From Alphaproteobacteria bacterium (GTDB taxonomy: Bacteria; Pseudomonadota; Alphaproteobacteria; G965222575), in the NCBI GenBank assembly GCA_965222575.1, contig OZ244958.1:448001-512000 (forward strand): a stretch of DNA of 64,000 nucleotides, written 5' to 3'. Both the position numbers and the translations under genes were made by a program. Below, piece by piece: positions 1-12,614 of this stretch. The notes under the pieces were generated by a model. The model was not told the origin of the DNA and ran no database searches. It worked only from the letters and a program-made list of their open reading frames with translations. Numbering within the stretch: the first letter of the stretch is position 1; each line of letters begins with the position of its first letter.

Positions 1-693
1 GGAATTGACACAGAAGCGCACAGAGGAGCGCTGGAAAAGGGAACCATAGGAGTATTAGCAGGAGGAGTAGATGTGGTCTATCCCCCGCAGAATAAAGACC
101 TGTACCAAGATATCTTACGCCATGGAGGTACCATGGTGTCAGAAAATCCTTTAGGCACAAAACCGCTTCACCGTGCCTTTCCCACAAGAAACCGTATCAT
201 CGCCGCTCTATCCTTAGCGACCGTTGTTGTGGAAGCGCAAAAGAAATCAGGCTCTATCATCACAGCAGAAAGAGCAGGACATTACGGCCGTCTTGTGGGC
301 GCCGTGCCGGGATTCCCCTTAGAACCAAGAGCTTCCGGAACAAACACACTCTTAAAAGATGGCGCGCTGCTAGTGGAATCAGCACAAGACATCCTACAAG
401 AACTCTCCTATGATAAACACGACCTCAGCGTATACGAAAAAGAAGAAACCACTCCCACTCCTCCCACCTTTACGCCCCCACCACCCCCTCAAGAACAAAC
501 AATACAGGAAATGGAACAGGAAGTATTAGGGCTATTGTCCATAGGCGTAGAAACCTCTGTAGACGAACTCATTGAACAACTGAAAGCGGAAACTGCTGTA
601 CTGCAAATCGCCGTGGCGCGACTAGAAATCGGCGGCAGAATCGAAAACAGACCCGGCAACAAAATCCTCCTCATCCCAAGACAAGCCACTTAA
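1..693 (+). CDS. dprA: DNA-processing protein DprA (5' truncated by window edge)
   Basis: Frame open from base 1 (GIDTEAHRGAL..GVLAGGVDVVYP); FPTRNRIIAALS, VVVEAQKKSGS, GRLVGAVPG motifs; C-terminal winged helix. Confidence 0.95.
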   Translation, partial: GIDTEAHRGALEKGTIGVLAGGVDVVYPPQNKDLYQDILRHGGTMVSENPLGTKPLHRAFPTRNRIIAALSLATVVVEAQKKSGSIITAERAGHYGRLVGAVPGFPLEPRASGTNTLLKDGALLVESAQDILQELSYDKHDLSVYEKEETTPTPPTFTPPPPPQEQTIQEMEQEVLGLLSIGVETSVDELIEQLKAETAVLQIAVARLEIGGRIENRPGNKILLIPRQAT

Positions 694-790
694 AAAAAAC
701 CCCACCTCTTTGTACCGCTACTCCGATACAGACCCCCCCCCAACACTACTCTATTTTCTAGGGCAGTGCCTAGTAATCAAAGAAGGAAAA

Positions 791-1495
791 CTACCGACGC
801 TGCCCTAGAAAATAGAGCAAAAACTGAAACAGGTTAATAAAGTCCAAATACAAAGCCACAGCCCCCATGACAGCACTCTTTTCCATGATGGCTTCAGATG
901 CCCCCTGACTCCTTAAAAAAGTGGTCTTAATCTTTTGCGTGTCATAAGCGGTAAGCAATGTGAAAATCACCACGCCAATTAAGGAAATTAGAAATTGAAG
1001 CCCTGTAGATTGAAGAAAGAAATTCACAATCATTGCAATAATCACCCCAAAAAGCCCCATGATTAAAAATGATCCCATTCTCTCTAAAGAAGACTTCGTC
1101 GTATAACCCCAAAGACTCATGGCCCCAAAAGTCCCCGCCGTAATCAACAAAACCCGCACAACACTCCCTAGCTCATAAACTAAGAAAATCGTCGATAAAG
1201 AAACCCCTATACTCGCCGTAAAAGCCCAATAAAGACCCTGAACCGTCTTGACAGAAAATCGATTTATGCCAAAACTTAACGCAAAAATTAATCCTAAAGA
1301 GAGAAAAGTAAAAACCCACACCAACCCTAATAAAGCAGGATTGCCTACAATGGCTTTCATCATCACACCAGCCACAGCCCCAGAAAGACATAATCCCGCC
1401 GCCATATAATTATAAACCCGTAACATATAAGACCTAAGCGCTTCATTATAACCCGCAAGCGCTGCAGAAGCAGAGTGTAAGTGTTCAGTAGACAT
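791..1495 (-). CDS. Bax inhibitor-1/YccA family membrane protein
   Basis: LRSYMLRVYNYM, LTAYDTQKIK, ALYLDFINLF; multiple TM helices. Confidence 0.93.
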   Translation of the reverse strand: MSTEHLHSASAALAGYNEALRSYMLRVYNYMAAGLCLSGAVAGVMMKAIVGNPALLGLVWVFTFLSLGLIFALSFGINRFSVKTVQGLYWAFTASIGVSLSTIFLVYELGSVVRVLLITAGTFGAMSLWGYTTKSSLERMGSFLIMGLFGVIIAMIVNFFLQSTGLQFLISLIGVVIFTLLTAYDTQKIKTTFLRSQGASEAIMEKSAVMGAVALYLDFINLFQFLLYFLGQRR

Positions 1496-1652
1496 AAGCT
1501 ATACCTATATTCATGAATGGATAGGGTTAGTATAAAGCAAAACCCTGAAAAGTTTCTAAAAATTATAGACTATTGAAAGGAATTTTGTCAAGATTTCTTT
1601 TGTTAGGAACAATTTTTTTCTGAGGCATAAATTGGAAGGGCTTGGTGGTAAG

Positions 1653-3506
1653 ATGAGCATTGCGGAAGTCATTGTAATAGGAGGGGGTCATAGTGGGTGC
1701 GAGGCCGCAGCGGCTAGTGTCCGTCTAGGCGTTAAAACAACCCTCGTGACACAGAAACTAGAAAGTATCGGCACCCTCTCCTGTAATCCCGCTGTAGGCG
1801 GTATAGGGAAAGGACATTTAGTGCGAGAAGTTGATGCCCTAGACGGCTTAATAGGGCGAATAGCTGATACATCCGCCTTACAATTTCGTCTACTCAATCG
1901 CCGCAAAGGACCTGCTGTACAAGGACCGCGCGTACAGGTAGACAGAAAACTCTACAAGCAAGCCATGCAAAAGGAACTAAGACGCCTGAAAAACTTGCAT
2001 CTGGTAAACGGAGAAGTGGTAGACCTCCTTGTACAAGGTAACACCATCAAGGGGGTTCTTTTATCCTCAGGGCGCACACTGTACGCCCCTTGCGTCGTGC
2101 TAACAACAGGCACCTTTCTACGCGGCATGATTCATATAGGGAATCAAAAAAAACCCGCCGGGCGGAGCGGGGAAAACGCTGCAAACGCCCTAGGAGAACG
2201 ACTAGAAGCAAGAGGACTACCAACAGGACGCCTGAAAACAGGCACTCCACCACGCCTGTGCGCTCACTCCATTAACTGGAAAACCTTGTGCCCACAACCC
2301 GGCGACCCAAACCCCGTCTGCCTCTCCTTCCTCTCTGTGCAAAACAAAAAACAACAAAAACCTTGCTACCTCACAGCTACAAACCACAAAACCCACAAAA
2401 TTATTAAAGATAATCTCAAAGCCTCCGCCCTATACAGCGGACAAATCAGCTCAGTCGGCCCCCGCTATTGCCCCTCCTTAGAAGACAAAATTGTAAAATT
2501 CGCACACCAAAAAACACACCAGATTTTCCTAGAACCAGAAGGATGGGATAGTAACGTCATATACCCCAATGGCCTCTCTAACTCCTTACCCGAAGCCATA
2601 CAACACACCTTCCTCACCACCATTACAGGCCTCGAACAAGTGAAAGTCCTACAATGGGGATACGCCATAGAATACGACTATATGGACCCAAGAGCCTTAA
2701 AACCTTCTTTGGAAAGCAAAGCCTTTGAAGGCCTATTCCTAGCAGGGCAAATCAACGGCACAACAGGATACGAAGAAGCCGCCGCTCAAGGACTCATAGC
2801 CGGTATGAATGGCGCCCTAAAAGCCAAAGGAGACCCCCCCGTGATACTCACCAGAGCCCATGGCTATAGCGGCGTCATGGTTGATGACCTAACCCTAAAG
2901 GGCGTCACGGAACCTTACCGTATGTTTACCTCGCGGGCAGAATACCGCCTCTCTCACCGATGGGATAACGCCGATACGCGCCTCACCCCCCTAGGACTAT
3001 CAATGGGACTCATAGGCGAAAAACGACAGAAAGCCTTTGAAGAAAAAACCGCACGGCTCAAAACAGCCCGCACCCTCCTCAATAATTGCTTCCTAACCCC
3101 TAAAGAAAGCGCAAAGGCAGGATTGCCATGTCAACAGGATGGCAGGAGGCGTAATGCCTTTGAACTCCTATGCCACACCCCTTGGGAAGACTTGGAAAAA
3201 ATTTGGCCAGCCCTCAAAACCCTCCACAAAGACTGCCGCTCCCAACTGGAAATTGACGCCCATTACGCCCCCTACCTCAGGCGCCAAGAAACCGCCATCG
3301 CCTCCCTCAAACGCGAGGAAGCCCTCACCATCCCCAAAAACCTCGCTTACCACACCATCCCCGGCTTATCCAACGAAATGAAAGAAAAACTTTCCCAGTT
3401 CAAACCCCTTACCCTAGGACAAGCCAGCCGTATGAGCGGCATGACTCCGGCTGCAGTCGCTCTCTTGCTCTGCGTCATTAAAAAACACAAACCGCCCTTG
3501 TCATGA
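1653..3506 (+). CDS. mnmG: tRNA uridine-5-carboxymethylaminomethyl(34) synthesis enzyme MnmG (GidA)
   Basis: [65 protein letters not shown]; ATG at 1653 preferred over TTG 1632. Confidence 0.98.
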   Translation: MSIAEVIVIGGGHSGCEAAAASVRLGVKTTLVTQKLESIGTLSCNPAVGGIGKGHLVREVDALDGLIGRIADTSALQFRLLNRRKGPAVQGPRVQVDRKLYKQAMQKELRRLKNLHLVNGEVVDLLVQGNTIKGVLLSSGRTLYAPCVVLTTGTFLRGMIHIGNQKKPAGRSGENAANALGERLEARGLPTGRLKTGTPPRLCAHSINWKTLCPQPGDPNPVCLSFLSVQNKKQQKPCYLTATNHKTHKIIKDNLKASALYSGQISSVGPRYCPSLEDKIVKFAHQKTHQIFLEPEGWDSNVIYPNGLSNSLPEAIQHTFLTTITGLEQVKVLQWGYAIEYDYMDPRALKPSLESKAFEGLFLAGQINGTTGYEEAAAQGLIAGMNGALKAKGDPPVILTRAHGYSGVMVDDLTLKGVTEPYRMFTSRAEYRLSHRWDNADTRLTPLGLSMGLIGEKRQKAFEEKTARLKTARTLLNNCFLTPKESAKAGLPCQQDGRRRNAFELLCHTPWEDLEKIWPALKTLHKDCRSQLEIDAHYAPYLRRQETAIASLKREEALTIPKNLAYHTIPGLSNEMKEKLSQFKPLTLGQASRMSGMTPAAVALLLCVIKKHKPPLS

Positions 3507-4141
3507 AAGACACAACCGTTAGTAAAAACTGGTTCACAAGTCGCGGCGTGCCTAGACAGGGCATCCCTAAAATTTTACTCAGTGTTTCACATGAAACGCT
3601 TACAAAGCTTGAAGCCTATGTAGAAATGGTAAAAAAATGGAACAAAGCCGTAAAGTTAGTAGGACAAAACGATTACCACATTCTTTGGCCACGCCATGTT
3701 TGCGATAGCGCTTTATTATTAGAAGGCTTGTCTCATTATCCAAAAAAATGGCTGGACTTAGGGAGCGGCGGCGGATTTCCCGGACTCGTCTTAGCAATCC
3801 TAGGCGTGGAAAATATGCACTTAGTAGAACGAAACAGCAAAAAATCTTGCTTCCTCAAGGAGGCTGTACGACAACTGGGTCTTGCCGCTACCGTCCACCA
3901 CAACAGAGTGGAACAACTCACTCATTTAGGCACTTTCCCCTTCATATCAGCTAGAGGAATGGGCAAACTTCATGACCTCCTTCCTTTAATAACTCCTTTT
4001 ATGAACTCCGATACCATTGCCCTTATCCCTTCCGCCCGAAAGATACAACCCCAAAAGTTTGCGCCGTTCAAAATTTCCTCTATTCCCTCTCCTCTTTATC
4101 GCCACCATGTGATTCTGAAAATCAAACGCACCTCTTCTTAA
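3503..4141 (+). CDS. rsmG: 16S rRNA m7G527 methyltransferase RsmG (GidB)
   Basis: [21 protein letters not shown] motif, follows mnmG. Confidence 0.95.
   Translation: MKDTTVSKNWFTSRGVPRQGIPKILLSVSHETLTKLEAYVEMVKKWNKAVKLVGQNDYHILWPRHVCDSALLLEGLSHYPKKWLDLGSGGGFPGLVLAILGVENMHLVERNSKKSCFLKEAVRQLGLAATVHHNRVEQLTHLGTFPFISARGMGKLHDLLPLITPFMNSDTIALIPSARKIQPQKFAPFKISSIPSPLYRHHVILKIKRTSS
3583..3598. promoter_or_regulatory. parS centromere-like site inside rsmG
   Basis: TGTTTCACATGAAACG versus consensus TGTTTCACGTGAAACA (2 mismatches), about 600 bp upstream of parB. Confidence 0.8.
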
Positions 4142-4211
4142 CCCCTTTGACCTAAAATCAAATTGTAAAAATGACTTCAGCACACCTATCATTAAGCAGG
4201 AAGGGAACGGT

Positions 4212-5060
4212 ATGAAAAAAAAGAAAACCTCTAGAACATCTTCTAATTTTTCAACAGACCAAAGACAAGAAGAGTTCATAGTCAAAAAACTGCCGCTTCA
4301 CAGTTTAGAGGCCAACACTTATCAGCCAAGAGAACATTGGGATGAAGAGGCGCTAGATGCTCTTGCGGGGTCTTTGAAAAAGAGCGGCGTTTTGCAACCG
4401 ATTTTGGTGCGCCCCCTTGGAGACGAAAGATATCAGATTATAGCCGGAGAGCGGCGTTGGAGGGCAGCAACACAGGCGGGACTCTCTCATATTACTGCTG
4501 TGATACAGTCCTGTACAGAAAGAGAGTCCTTAGAGAAAGCGCTGTTGGAAAATCTACAAAGAGAGAATCTCAAAGCCCTTGAGGAGGCAACGGCTTATCA
4601 ACTGCTCAAAGAGGAATTCCTTTTATCTCCCAACGATATTGCCGAAGTCATAGGAAAAAGCCGTAGTTATGTGGTCAACACCATACGGCTCCTATCTCTG
4701 CCTCAAGAGATTAAAAATTGGTTAAATGAAGGGCTTTTATCCCCGGGAGGTGCTAGGGCTTTACTGAAGGCAGAATCCCCCTTGGACATTGCGAAAAAAG
4801 CCATCAAATGGAAGATGACCGTACGACAAATAGAAAACATGGTCAAAGCAGAAAAACACAGACTGCCCTTTCTGAACCGTTTGCTCATCTCCAAGACAGA
4901 ACAAGCCTTTATCACCTCCATAGCCCAATCCCTCAAAACCTCTGTCCGCATCACACTTCAAGGGAGAAATCGTTATCTCGTCATTACCTTAAATCAACAG
5001 GATATACTACAGCAGTTGAAAACCCTTCTGGAGAAAAATGCAAAGAAAAAAATGCCGTAG
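4212..5060 (+). CDS. parB: Chromosome partitioning protein ParB
   Basis: YQPR, GVLQPILVR, IIAGERRWRAA, LENLQRENL, HTH GKSRSYVVNTIRLL. Confidence 0.96.
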   Translation: MKKKKTSRTSSNFSTDQRQEEFIVKKLPLHSLEANTYQPREHWDEEALDALAGSLKKSGVLQPILVRPLGDERYQIIAGERRWRAATQAGLSHITAVIQSCTERESLEKALLENLQRENLKALEEATAYQLLKEEFLLSPNDIAEVIGKSRSYVVNTIRLLSLPQEIKNWLNEGLLSPGGARALLKAESPLDIAKKAIKWKMTVRQIENMVKAEKHRLPFLNRLLISKTEQAFITSIAQSLKTSVRITLQGRNRYLVITLNQQDILQQLKTLLEKNAKKKMP

Positions 5061-5147
5061 CCCTTCAAGCTTTGCTGAGAAAATTGAAATTGCCACCCCG
5101 TTTTGTTACTATTTTTCATATCAATAGCGCAATGAACAGTTGAAACA

Positions 5148-5855
5148 GTGAAAAAAGACACACAGGCGGGGTATATTCACTCTCTTTTTTCCTCTGTAGC
5201 ACCCTGTTATGATGTGATGAATGACGCCATGTCTTTGGGGTTACACCGGCTTTGGAAAAAAAGATTGGTAGAAAAGGCAGCCCCTTTATCAACGGAGACC
5301 TTTTTAGACCTAGCAGGCGGTACTGGTGATGTTGCCATCAGCCTAAGCGGTCTTTGTCAGAGGGTACTGGTTGTGGATTCCTGTCAACAGATGGTACAAG
5401 AGGGGAAAAAGACGCAATGGGATAAAGGGTGCGGCGGTCAGATAGAGTGGATTGTGGGGACAGCGGAAGCTTTACCCTTGAGAACGCGTAGCGTGGAGGC
5501 TTGCGTGATGTCTTTTGGCTTGCGTAATGTGGAGTGTCGCCAAAAGACCTATGGTGAAATCTTGCGTATCTTAAAGCCCGGCGGGCGGTTCTTTTGCTTA
5601 GAATTTTCCCCTGTTGACACCACAACGCCTTTCGGTACGCTTTATCACCTCTGGGGGAAGACGGTCATTCCTTTCTTAGGACAAAGTATTGCTAACAATG
5701 AAGACGCTTATAGATATCTTGTGAAGAGCATTGCTCTTTTTCCTCCTCCTTGTGTGATTGCTGAGGAGTTACGAAAAGCCTCCTTTGAGGCGGTGGAGTA
5801 TGAGAGTATGGCTGGGGGGATTGTTAATCTCCACAGCGGAACGAAAAAACCATGA
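5148..5855 (+). CDS. ubiE: Ubiquinone/menaquinone biosynthesis C-methyltransferase UbiE
   Basis: YDVMNDAMSLGLHRLWK, LDLAGGTGD, FGLRNV, LKPGGRFFCLEFS. Confidence 0.96.
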   Translation: MKKDTQAGYIHSLFSSVAPCYDVMNDAMSLGLHRLWKKRLVEKAAPLSTETFLDLAGGTGDVAISLSGLCQRVLVVDSCQQMVQEGKKTQWDKGCGGQIEWIVGTAEALPLRTRSVEACVMSFGLRNVECRQKTYGEILRILKPGGRFFCLEFSPVDTTTPFGTLYHLWGKTVIPFLGQSIANNEDAYRYLVKSIALFPPPCVIAEELRKASFEAVEYESMAGGIVNLHSGTKKP

Positions 5856-7234
5856 TAGGACGCAGTTTCAAAGTCGGGTGGGGACTCCTTTGTTTAGGCC
5901 TATGGACTCTGGGACAAAAAAAGGGGGAACGCTTGTGTAAAATTTTAGAAAGCTTGGGGCCTTCCTTCATTAAAATTGGACAATTCTTAGCGGCTAGACC
6001 TGACCTCATTGGACAAGACCTTGCTCAAAGCTTAGGAAAATTACGGGATGATGTCACCTCTATCAAGAGAGAAAAAATTCTCAACATCATACAAAAAGAC
6101 TTTAAGCAGCCTTGGTACGCACTCTTTGATACCATGGAAAAAGACAGTAAGACTGCCTCTGTGGCCCAAGTGCATTTCGCTACAAAGGACAACAGAAAAC
6201 TTGCCGTGAAAGTCTTAAGACCAGAGATAAAAAATGCAATGCTCATGGATTTGCAGCTATGCTACCGCCTTGTTTCCCTCTTGGAAAAAGTCCGACCCTC
6301 TCTTAAACAACTCAATCTCAAAGGCATCATTAAAGTCATCCGCAGTTCCTTGCTCATGGAAACGGATATGCGTATAGAAGCCGCTGGTATGGAAGAATTT
6401 CGTGATAATTTCCTCAAAGATAAAGACATAGAAGTGCCAACCGTAGACTGGAAACGTACAAAAAAACACTGTTTGACAATGGAACACCTCTCTTTCATTC
6501 CTCTTGAGAGAAAACAACTCCTCCATAAAGGCATAGATGTGGAAACACTAAGCCAACGCCTCGTAGCAATCCTCTTAAAGGGAGCCTTAAGAGACGGCTT
6601 CTTCCACGGCGATTTTCACCAAGGCAATGTTGGACTGAACCCTAAAACCGGACGATTAATCATCCTAGACTTCGGTATCATGGGACGCTTAGAGGAAAAG
6701 GTACGATTTTTTTTGATTCATGTCCTAGAGGCCTTCCTCAAGCGCCAATATCAACAAGTCGCCCACCTCCACAGAAAAATCGGCTACACCCCAAAAGAGT
6801 GTAACGACGCAGACTTCGCTCAAGCCTGCCGCGGCATCGGCTCCACCATCTTAGACCAACCCTCTCACAAAATTTCCCTCGGCGCTCTTCTCCTGCAACT
6901 CTTCTCCGTAAGCCAACAATTCAACATGACCATACAACCACACCTCTTCCTACTCCAAAAAACCCTGATAGCCGTAGAAGGACTCGCCTACCAACTCAAC
7001 CCAAAAGTCAACCTATGGGAAACCTCAAGAAATACCATCTCACAACTCAAAAATACAACTCATCACCCCAAAGCCCTCCTCAAAAGACGTAGCGATTTCT
7101 TAACAGATATGCTATATCTCTTGCCTGAAACCCTAAAAAAATTAGAACGTACACCCCCTCCCCAATCCTTCCCTTGGGCACTCGTCATAAGCTCCTTAGG
7201 GATAGGGCTCTTATTAGGATACTTCTTACTATAG
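5852..7234 (+). CDS. ubiB: Ubiquinone biosynthesis kinase-like protein UbiB (ABC1 family)
   Basis: LGPSFIKIGQ, ASVAQVH, AVKVLRP, FFHGDFHQGN, LDFGIMG; coupled to ubiE. Confidence 0.95.
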   Translation: MIGRSFKVGWGLLCLGLWTLGQKKGERLCKILESLGPSFIKIGQFLAARPDLIGQDLAQSLGKLRDDVTSIKREKILNIIQKDFKQPWYALFDTMEKDSKTASVAQVHFATKDNRKLAVKVLRPEIKNAMLMDLQLCYRLVSLLEKVRPSLKQLNLKGIIKVIRSSLLMETDMRIEAAGMEEFRDNFLKDKDIEVPTVDWKRTKKHCLTMEHLSFIPLERKQLLHKGIDVETLSQRLVAILLKGALRDGFFHGDFHQGNVGLNPKTGRLIILDFGIMGRLEEKVRFFLIHVLEAFLKRQYQQVAHLHRKIGYTPKECNDADFAQACRGIGSTILDQPSHKISLGALLLQLFSVSQQFNMTIQPHLFLLQKTLIAVEGLAYQLNPKVNLWETSRNTISQLKNTTHHPKALLKRRSDFLTDMLYLLPETLKKLERTPPPQSFPWALVISSLGIGLLLGYFLL

Positions 7235-7318
7235 ATTGTGCTGAAAGAGGTTGTCAATGCTCACAAAAAACCCTAACATAACAGAAACGTAATCCGCAAA
7301 ACAAAAAAGGGCATAAGA

Positions 7319-9666
<2,348 letters not shown>

Positions 9667-10512
9667 ATGTTCTACTTTCTATCCTATGCTTCACTCTTGA
9701 AACCTAGAGTGATGATCTTGGTCGTCTTCACGGCACTACCAGGCATCACTTTATCGGGCGCAGGGCTAGGGGGCGGACAGACACTACTGATTCTCCTAAG
9801 CATTGCCTTAGGTGCAGGCGGCGCGGCAGCCTTTAATATGTGGTACGAAAAGGATAGTGATGCTAAAATGTCACGTACCTGTCAACGCCCCTTGCCAAAA
9901 GGCTCTATCAATAAAACCTCTGTGTTTTGGCTATCCCTTCTCCTAGCAATGACAGGAAGCCTTTTGCTCTGGTTTATCTCTAACATCTTAGCAGCCTCGC
10001 TACTGGCTTTAGCCATTATCATCTATGGGGGTCTCTATACCATGTGGCTGAAAAAACGTACCCCTCAAAACATTGTCATCGGCGGCTTAGCGGGCGCTTT
10101 ATCGCCCATCATAGGATGGGCCGCCGCCACTGGACATATCTCCCCTCTTGCCTTGACAATGGGAGGCATTATCTTTCTGTGGACGCCCCCTCACTTTTGG
10201 TCTCTAGCACTACAACTCAAAGACGACTATAGCGCCGCAAATATCCCCATGCTCCCCGTTGTCTCAGGGGAAGAAACCACAAGACGCTCAATCCTCCTTT
10301 ACACCCTCCTCCTCACCATGCTAGCACAAGCCCTCCTCTTCCTAGATGTGGGGGGCTTAAGATTTGCCGCATTGTCTGTCCTGCTCAATGCTCTATGCCT
10401 CCTTGCAGCTTGGCGCTTCTGGAAAACAAAACAAGGGGCTATGACCTTCTTCTCTTGGTCTATCTTCTACCTCTTTAGCCTCTTTGCTCTTTTACTATGG
10501 GAAAGCTTCTAA
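9667..10512 (+). CDS. ctaB: Protoheme IX farnesyltransferase (heme o synthase)
   Basis: LLKPRVM, DAKMSRTCQRP, LKKRTPQNIVIGG, WTPPHFW. Confidence 0.96.
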   Translation: MFYFLSYASLLKPRVMILVVFTALPGITLSGAGLGGGQTLLILLSIALGAGGAAAFNMWYEKDSDAKMSRTCQRPLPKGSINKTSVFWLSLLLAMTGSLLLWFISNILAASLLALAIIIYGGLYTMWLKKRTPQNIVIGGLAGALSPIIGWAAATGHISPLALTMGGIIFLWTPPHFWSLALQLKDDYSAANIPMLPVVSGEETTRRSILLYTLLLTMLAQALLFLDVGGLRFAALSVLLNALCLLAAWRFWKTKQGAMTFFSWSIFYLFSLFALLLWESF

Positions 10513-10513
10513 C

Positions 10514-11053
10514 ATGAACAAACCCCTCGCCACCGCCTTCCTCATAGGACTCTTCCCAGTCCTCATGTTCGCCTCAAGCTTCGGCTTCGTTCCTCTTTAT
10601 AACTATTTCTGTAAAGTCACAGGATACGGTGGTACAGTCCAAAAAGTGACTTCTCTTCCGCTTCCTAGCCCCAACACAACAGACACCATCACCGTACAAT
10701 TCCAAGGAACAATCGCTAAAGGACTACCTTGGACAGTTCGACCCTTGCAAAAACAACTCACCGTCCCCATGGGACAACCCTCAACCATCTGGTACGAAAT
10801 CCAAAACCTCTCCTCTCAAGACATAAACGGCATTGCAACCTTCAATATTACTCCTCAAAAAGCAGGAAGGTTCTTTTCAAAACTTGAGTGCTTCTGCTAT
10901 GATGAACAAACCTTGAAAGCTCAGGAAACAAAAAAACTCCCTGTAACCTTCGCCATCAACTCATCGGTAAGAGAGAAAAAAAATACCAAAGACCTTCAAC
11001 ATGTCACACTTTCTTATACCTTTTTTAAGACGGAAGATTTTTATAATGAATAG
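10514..11053 (+). CDS. ctaG: Cytochrome c oxidase assembly protein CtaG/Cox11
   Basis: VPLYNYFCKVTGYGGT and KLECFC copper motif. Confidence 0.95.
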   Translation: MNKPLATAFLIGLFPVLMFASSFGFVPLYNYFCKVTGYGGTVQKVTSLPLPSPNTTDTITVQFQGTIAKGLPWTVRPLQKQLTVPMGQPSTIWYEIQNLSSQDINGIATFNITPQKAGRFFSKLECFCYDEQTLKAQETKKLPVTFAINSSVREKKNTKDLQHVTLSYTFFKTEDFYNE

Positions 11054-11085
11054 GAAAAAAAAACCCGCTGTAAAGAGAAGGCTTA

Positions 11086-11874
11086 ATGGCATCACATGAC
11101 TATCATTTGGTAACCCCGAGCTGTTGGCCGCTTCTAAGTGGAATTGCAGCCTTCATCCTAGCCTTAGGAGCCCTTGTTTTTATGAAGTGGCAATTGTCTT
11201 GGCTGTTAATCGGAGGGGGGGGGGCTGTAGCGTATTGTGCCTTTATGTGGTGCCGCGATGTCATAGCGGAAGCACAAACTGAAGGGGTTCATACTTCCGT
11301 TGTACAGCTAGGCTTACGTTATGGCTTTATGTTATTTATTCTCTCTGAGATCATGTTTTTTGTCGCATGGTTTTGGTCTTTCTTCAATAGTGCACTGCTA
11401 CCCTTAGAAGCGACCAGCGCTTTCTGGCCACCAGAGGGCATTCAACCTATAGACCCTTTCGATTGGCCCTTAATTAATACACTCATTTTACTCCTCTCCG
11501 GCACCACTGTCACTTGGGCACACCATTGTTTATTAGAAAACAACCGCAAGGACTTTCTAAAAGGCCTCCTCTTGACCATCCTCTTAGGCGCCGCCTTCAC
11601 CGGCATACAACTATGGGAATACCTCCACGCCTCTTTCAAGTTTCAAGATGGCATTTATTCTTCAGTTTTTTATATGGCTACCGGTTTTCACGGCGCCCAT
11701 GTCATTGCGGGTACCGTGTTTTTAGGCGTCTGCTTCTTGCGCGCCTTGCGGGGGCATTTCACCCCCTCCCAACACTTCGGCTTTGAAGCCGCCGCTTGGT
11801 ATTGGCATTTTGTGGATGTCGTCTGGCTGTTTCTTTTCTTTATGATCTATATCTGGGGAAGCGGACATGCCTAA
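11086..11874 (+). CDS. coxC: Cytochrome c oxidase subunit III
   Basis: HDYHLV, SEIMFF, ATGFHGAHV, WYWHFVDVVW. Confidence 0.98.
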   Translation: MASHDYHLVTPSCWPLLSGIAAFILALGALVFMKWQLSWLLIGGGGAVAYCAFMWCRDVIAEAQTEGVHTSVVQLGLRYGFMLFILSEIMFFVAWFWSFFNSALLPLEATSAFWPPEGIQPIDPFDWPLINTLILLLSGTTVTWAHHCLLENNRKDFLKGLLLTILLGAAFTGIQLWEYLHASFKFQDGIYSSVFYMATGFHGAHVIAGTVFLGVCFLRALRGHFTPSQHFGFEAAAWYWHFVDVVWLFLFFMIYIWGSGHA

Positions 11875-11889
11875 AGCAAAAAAGACCCT

Positions 11890-12549
11890 GTGAAAGCCCT
11901 TTTCCTCCTCTTCTGTTGCACCGGTATCCTCCTCTGTATCGCACTTGGTAGTTGGCAAATTAAACGACTGAACCAGAAAACGACTCTTCTACAAAGACTC
12001 AATACCCCCATCTTCCTATCAGAAAAAGAAGTATTTTCTTCCCCCCAACCAGCCTTCCTCCACACGCAATTAAACGGCACTTTCCTCAACCGCCCCATCG
12101 AAATCCTCTCCTACCTCAAGCAAACAAAAGGCTATAAAGTCTATGGCTTGTTCAAAACTCATAATGGCTATGTGAACGTCTTTTGCGGCTTCAGACCTGA
12201 ACACACCCCCTTAGGAAAAAGAAAAGGCTGCCTCCCCCTCACCACACAACCCAACACCACCCTCACCGGATTCCTACAACCCTTTCCTAACAAAAAGGCT
12301 TTCTTCCTCCCCGACAATACCCCCCCAAATTGGATGCTCCTTAACAGAGAAGACTTCCAAAACTATTGGGGCGTCCCTTTACAGGCTTTCTTCCTACACA
12401 GCACCCCCCCGCACACAGGACTCTCCCCCATCAACCCCACCCCACGATTACTGCCCCTCCACCACCTTTTGTACTCACTCACCTGGTTCCTGCTAGCAGG
12501 CATCCTCGTGCTCTTTACTGCCTATTGGTGGCACACACAAAGGAAATAG
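11890..12549 (+). CDS. SURF1 family cytochrome oxidase biogenesis protein
   Basis: LGSWQIKRL at N-terminus, HLLYSLTWF at C-terminus, end of cox operon. Confidence 0.88.
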   Translation: MKALFLLFCCTGILLCIALGSWQIKRLNQKTTLLQRLNTPIFLSEKEVFSSPQPAFLHTQLNGTFLNRPIEILSYLKQTKGYKVYGLFKTHNGYVNVFCGFRPEHTPLGKRKGCLPLTTQPNTTLTGFLQPFPNKKAFFLPDNTPPNWMLLNREDFQNYWGVPLQAFFLHSTPPHTGLSPINPTPRLLPLHHLLYSLTWFLLAGILVLFTAYWWHTQRK

Positions 12550-12614
12550 GTTGTGTTTTTCCTCAGATTGTTCCACACTCAAAGTATACCTCAAAAACCC
12601 CATAAGGCGAATAA

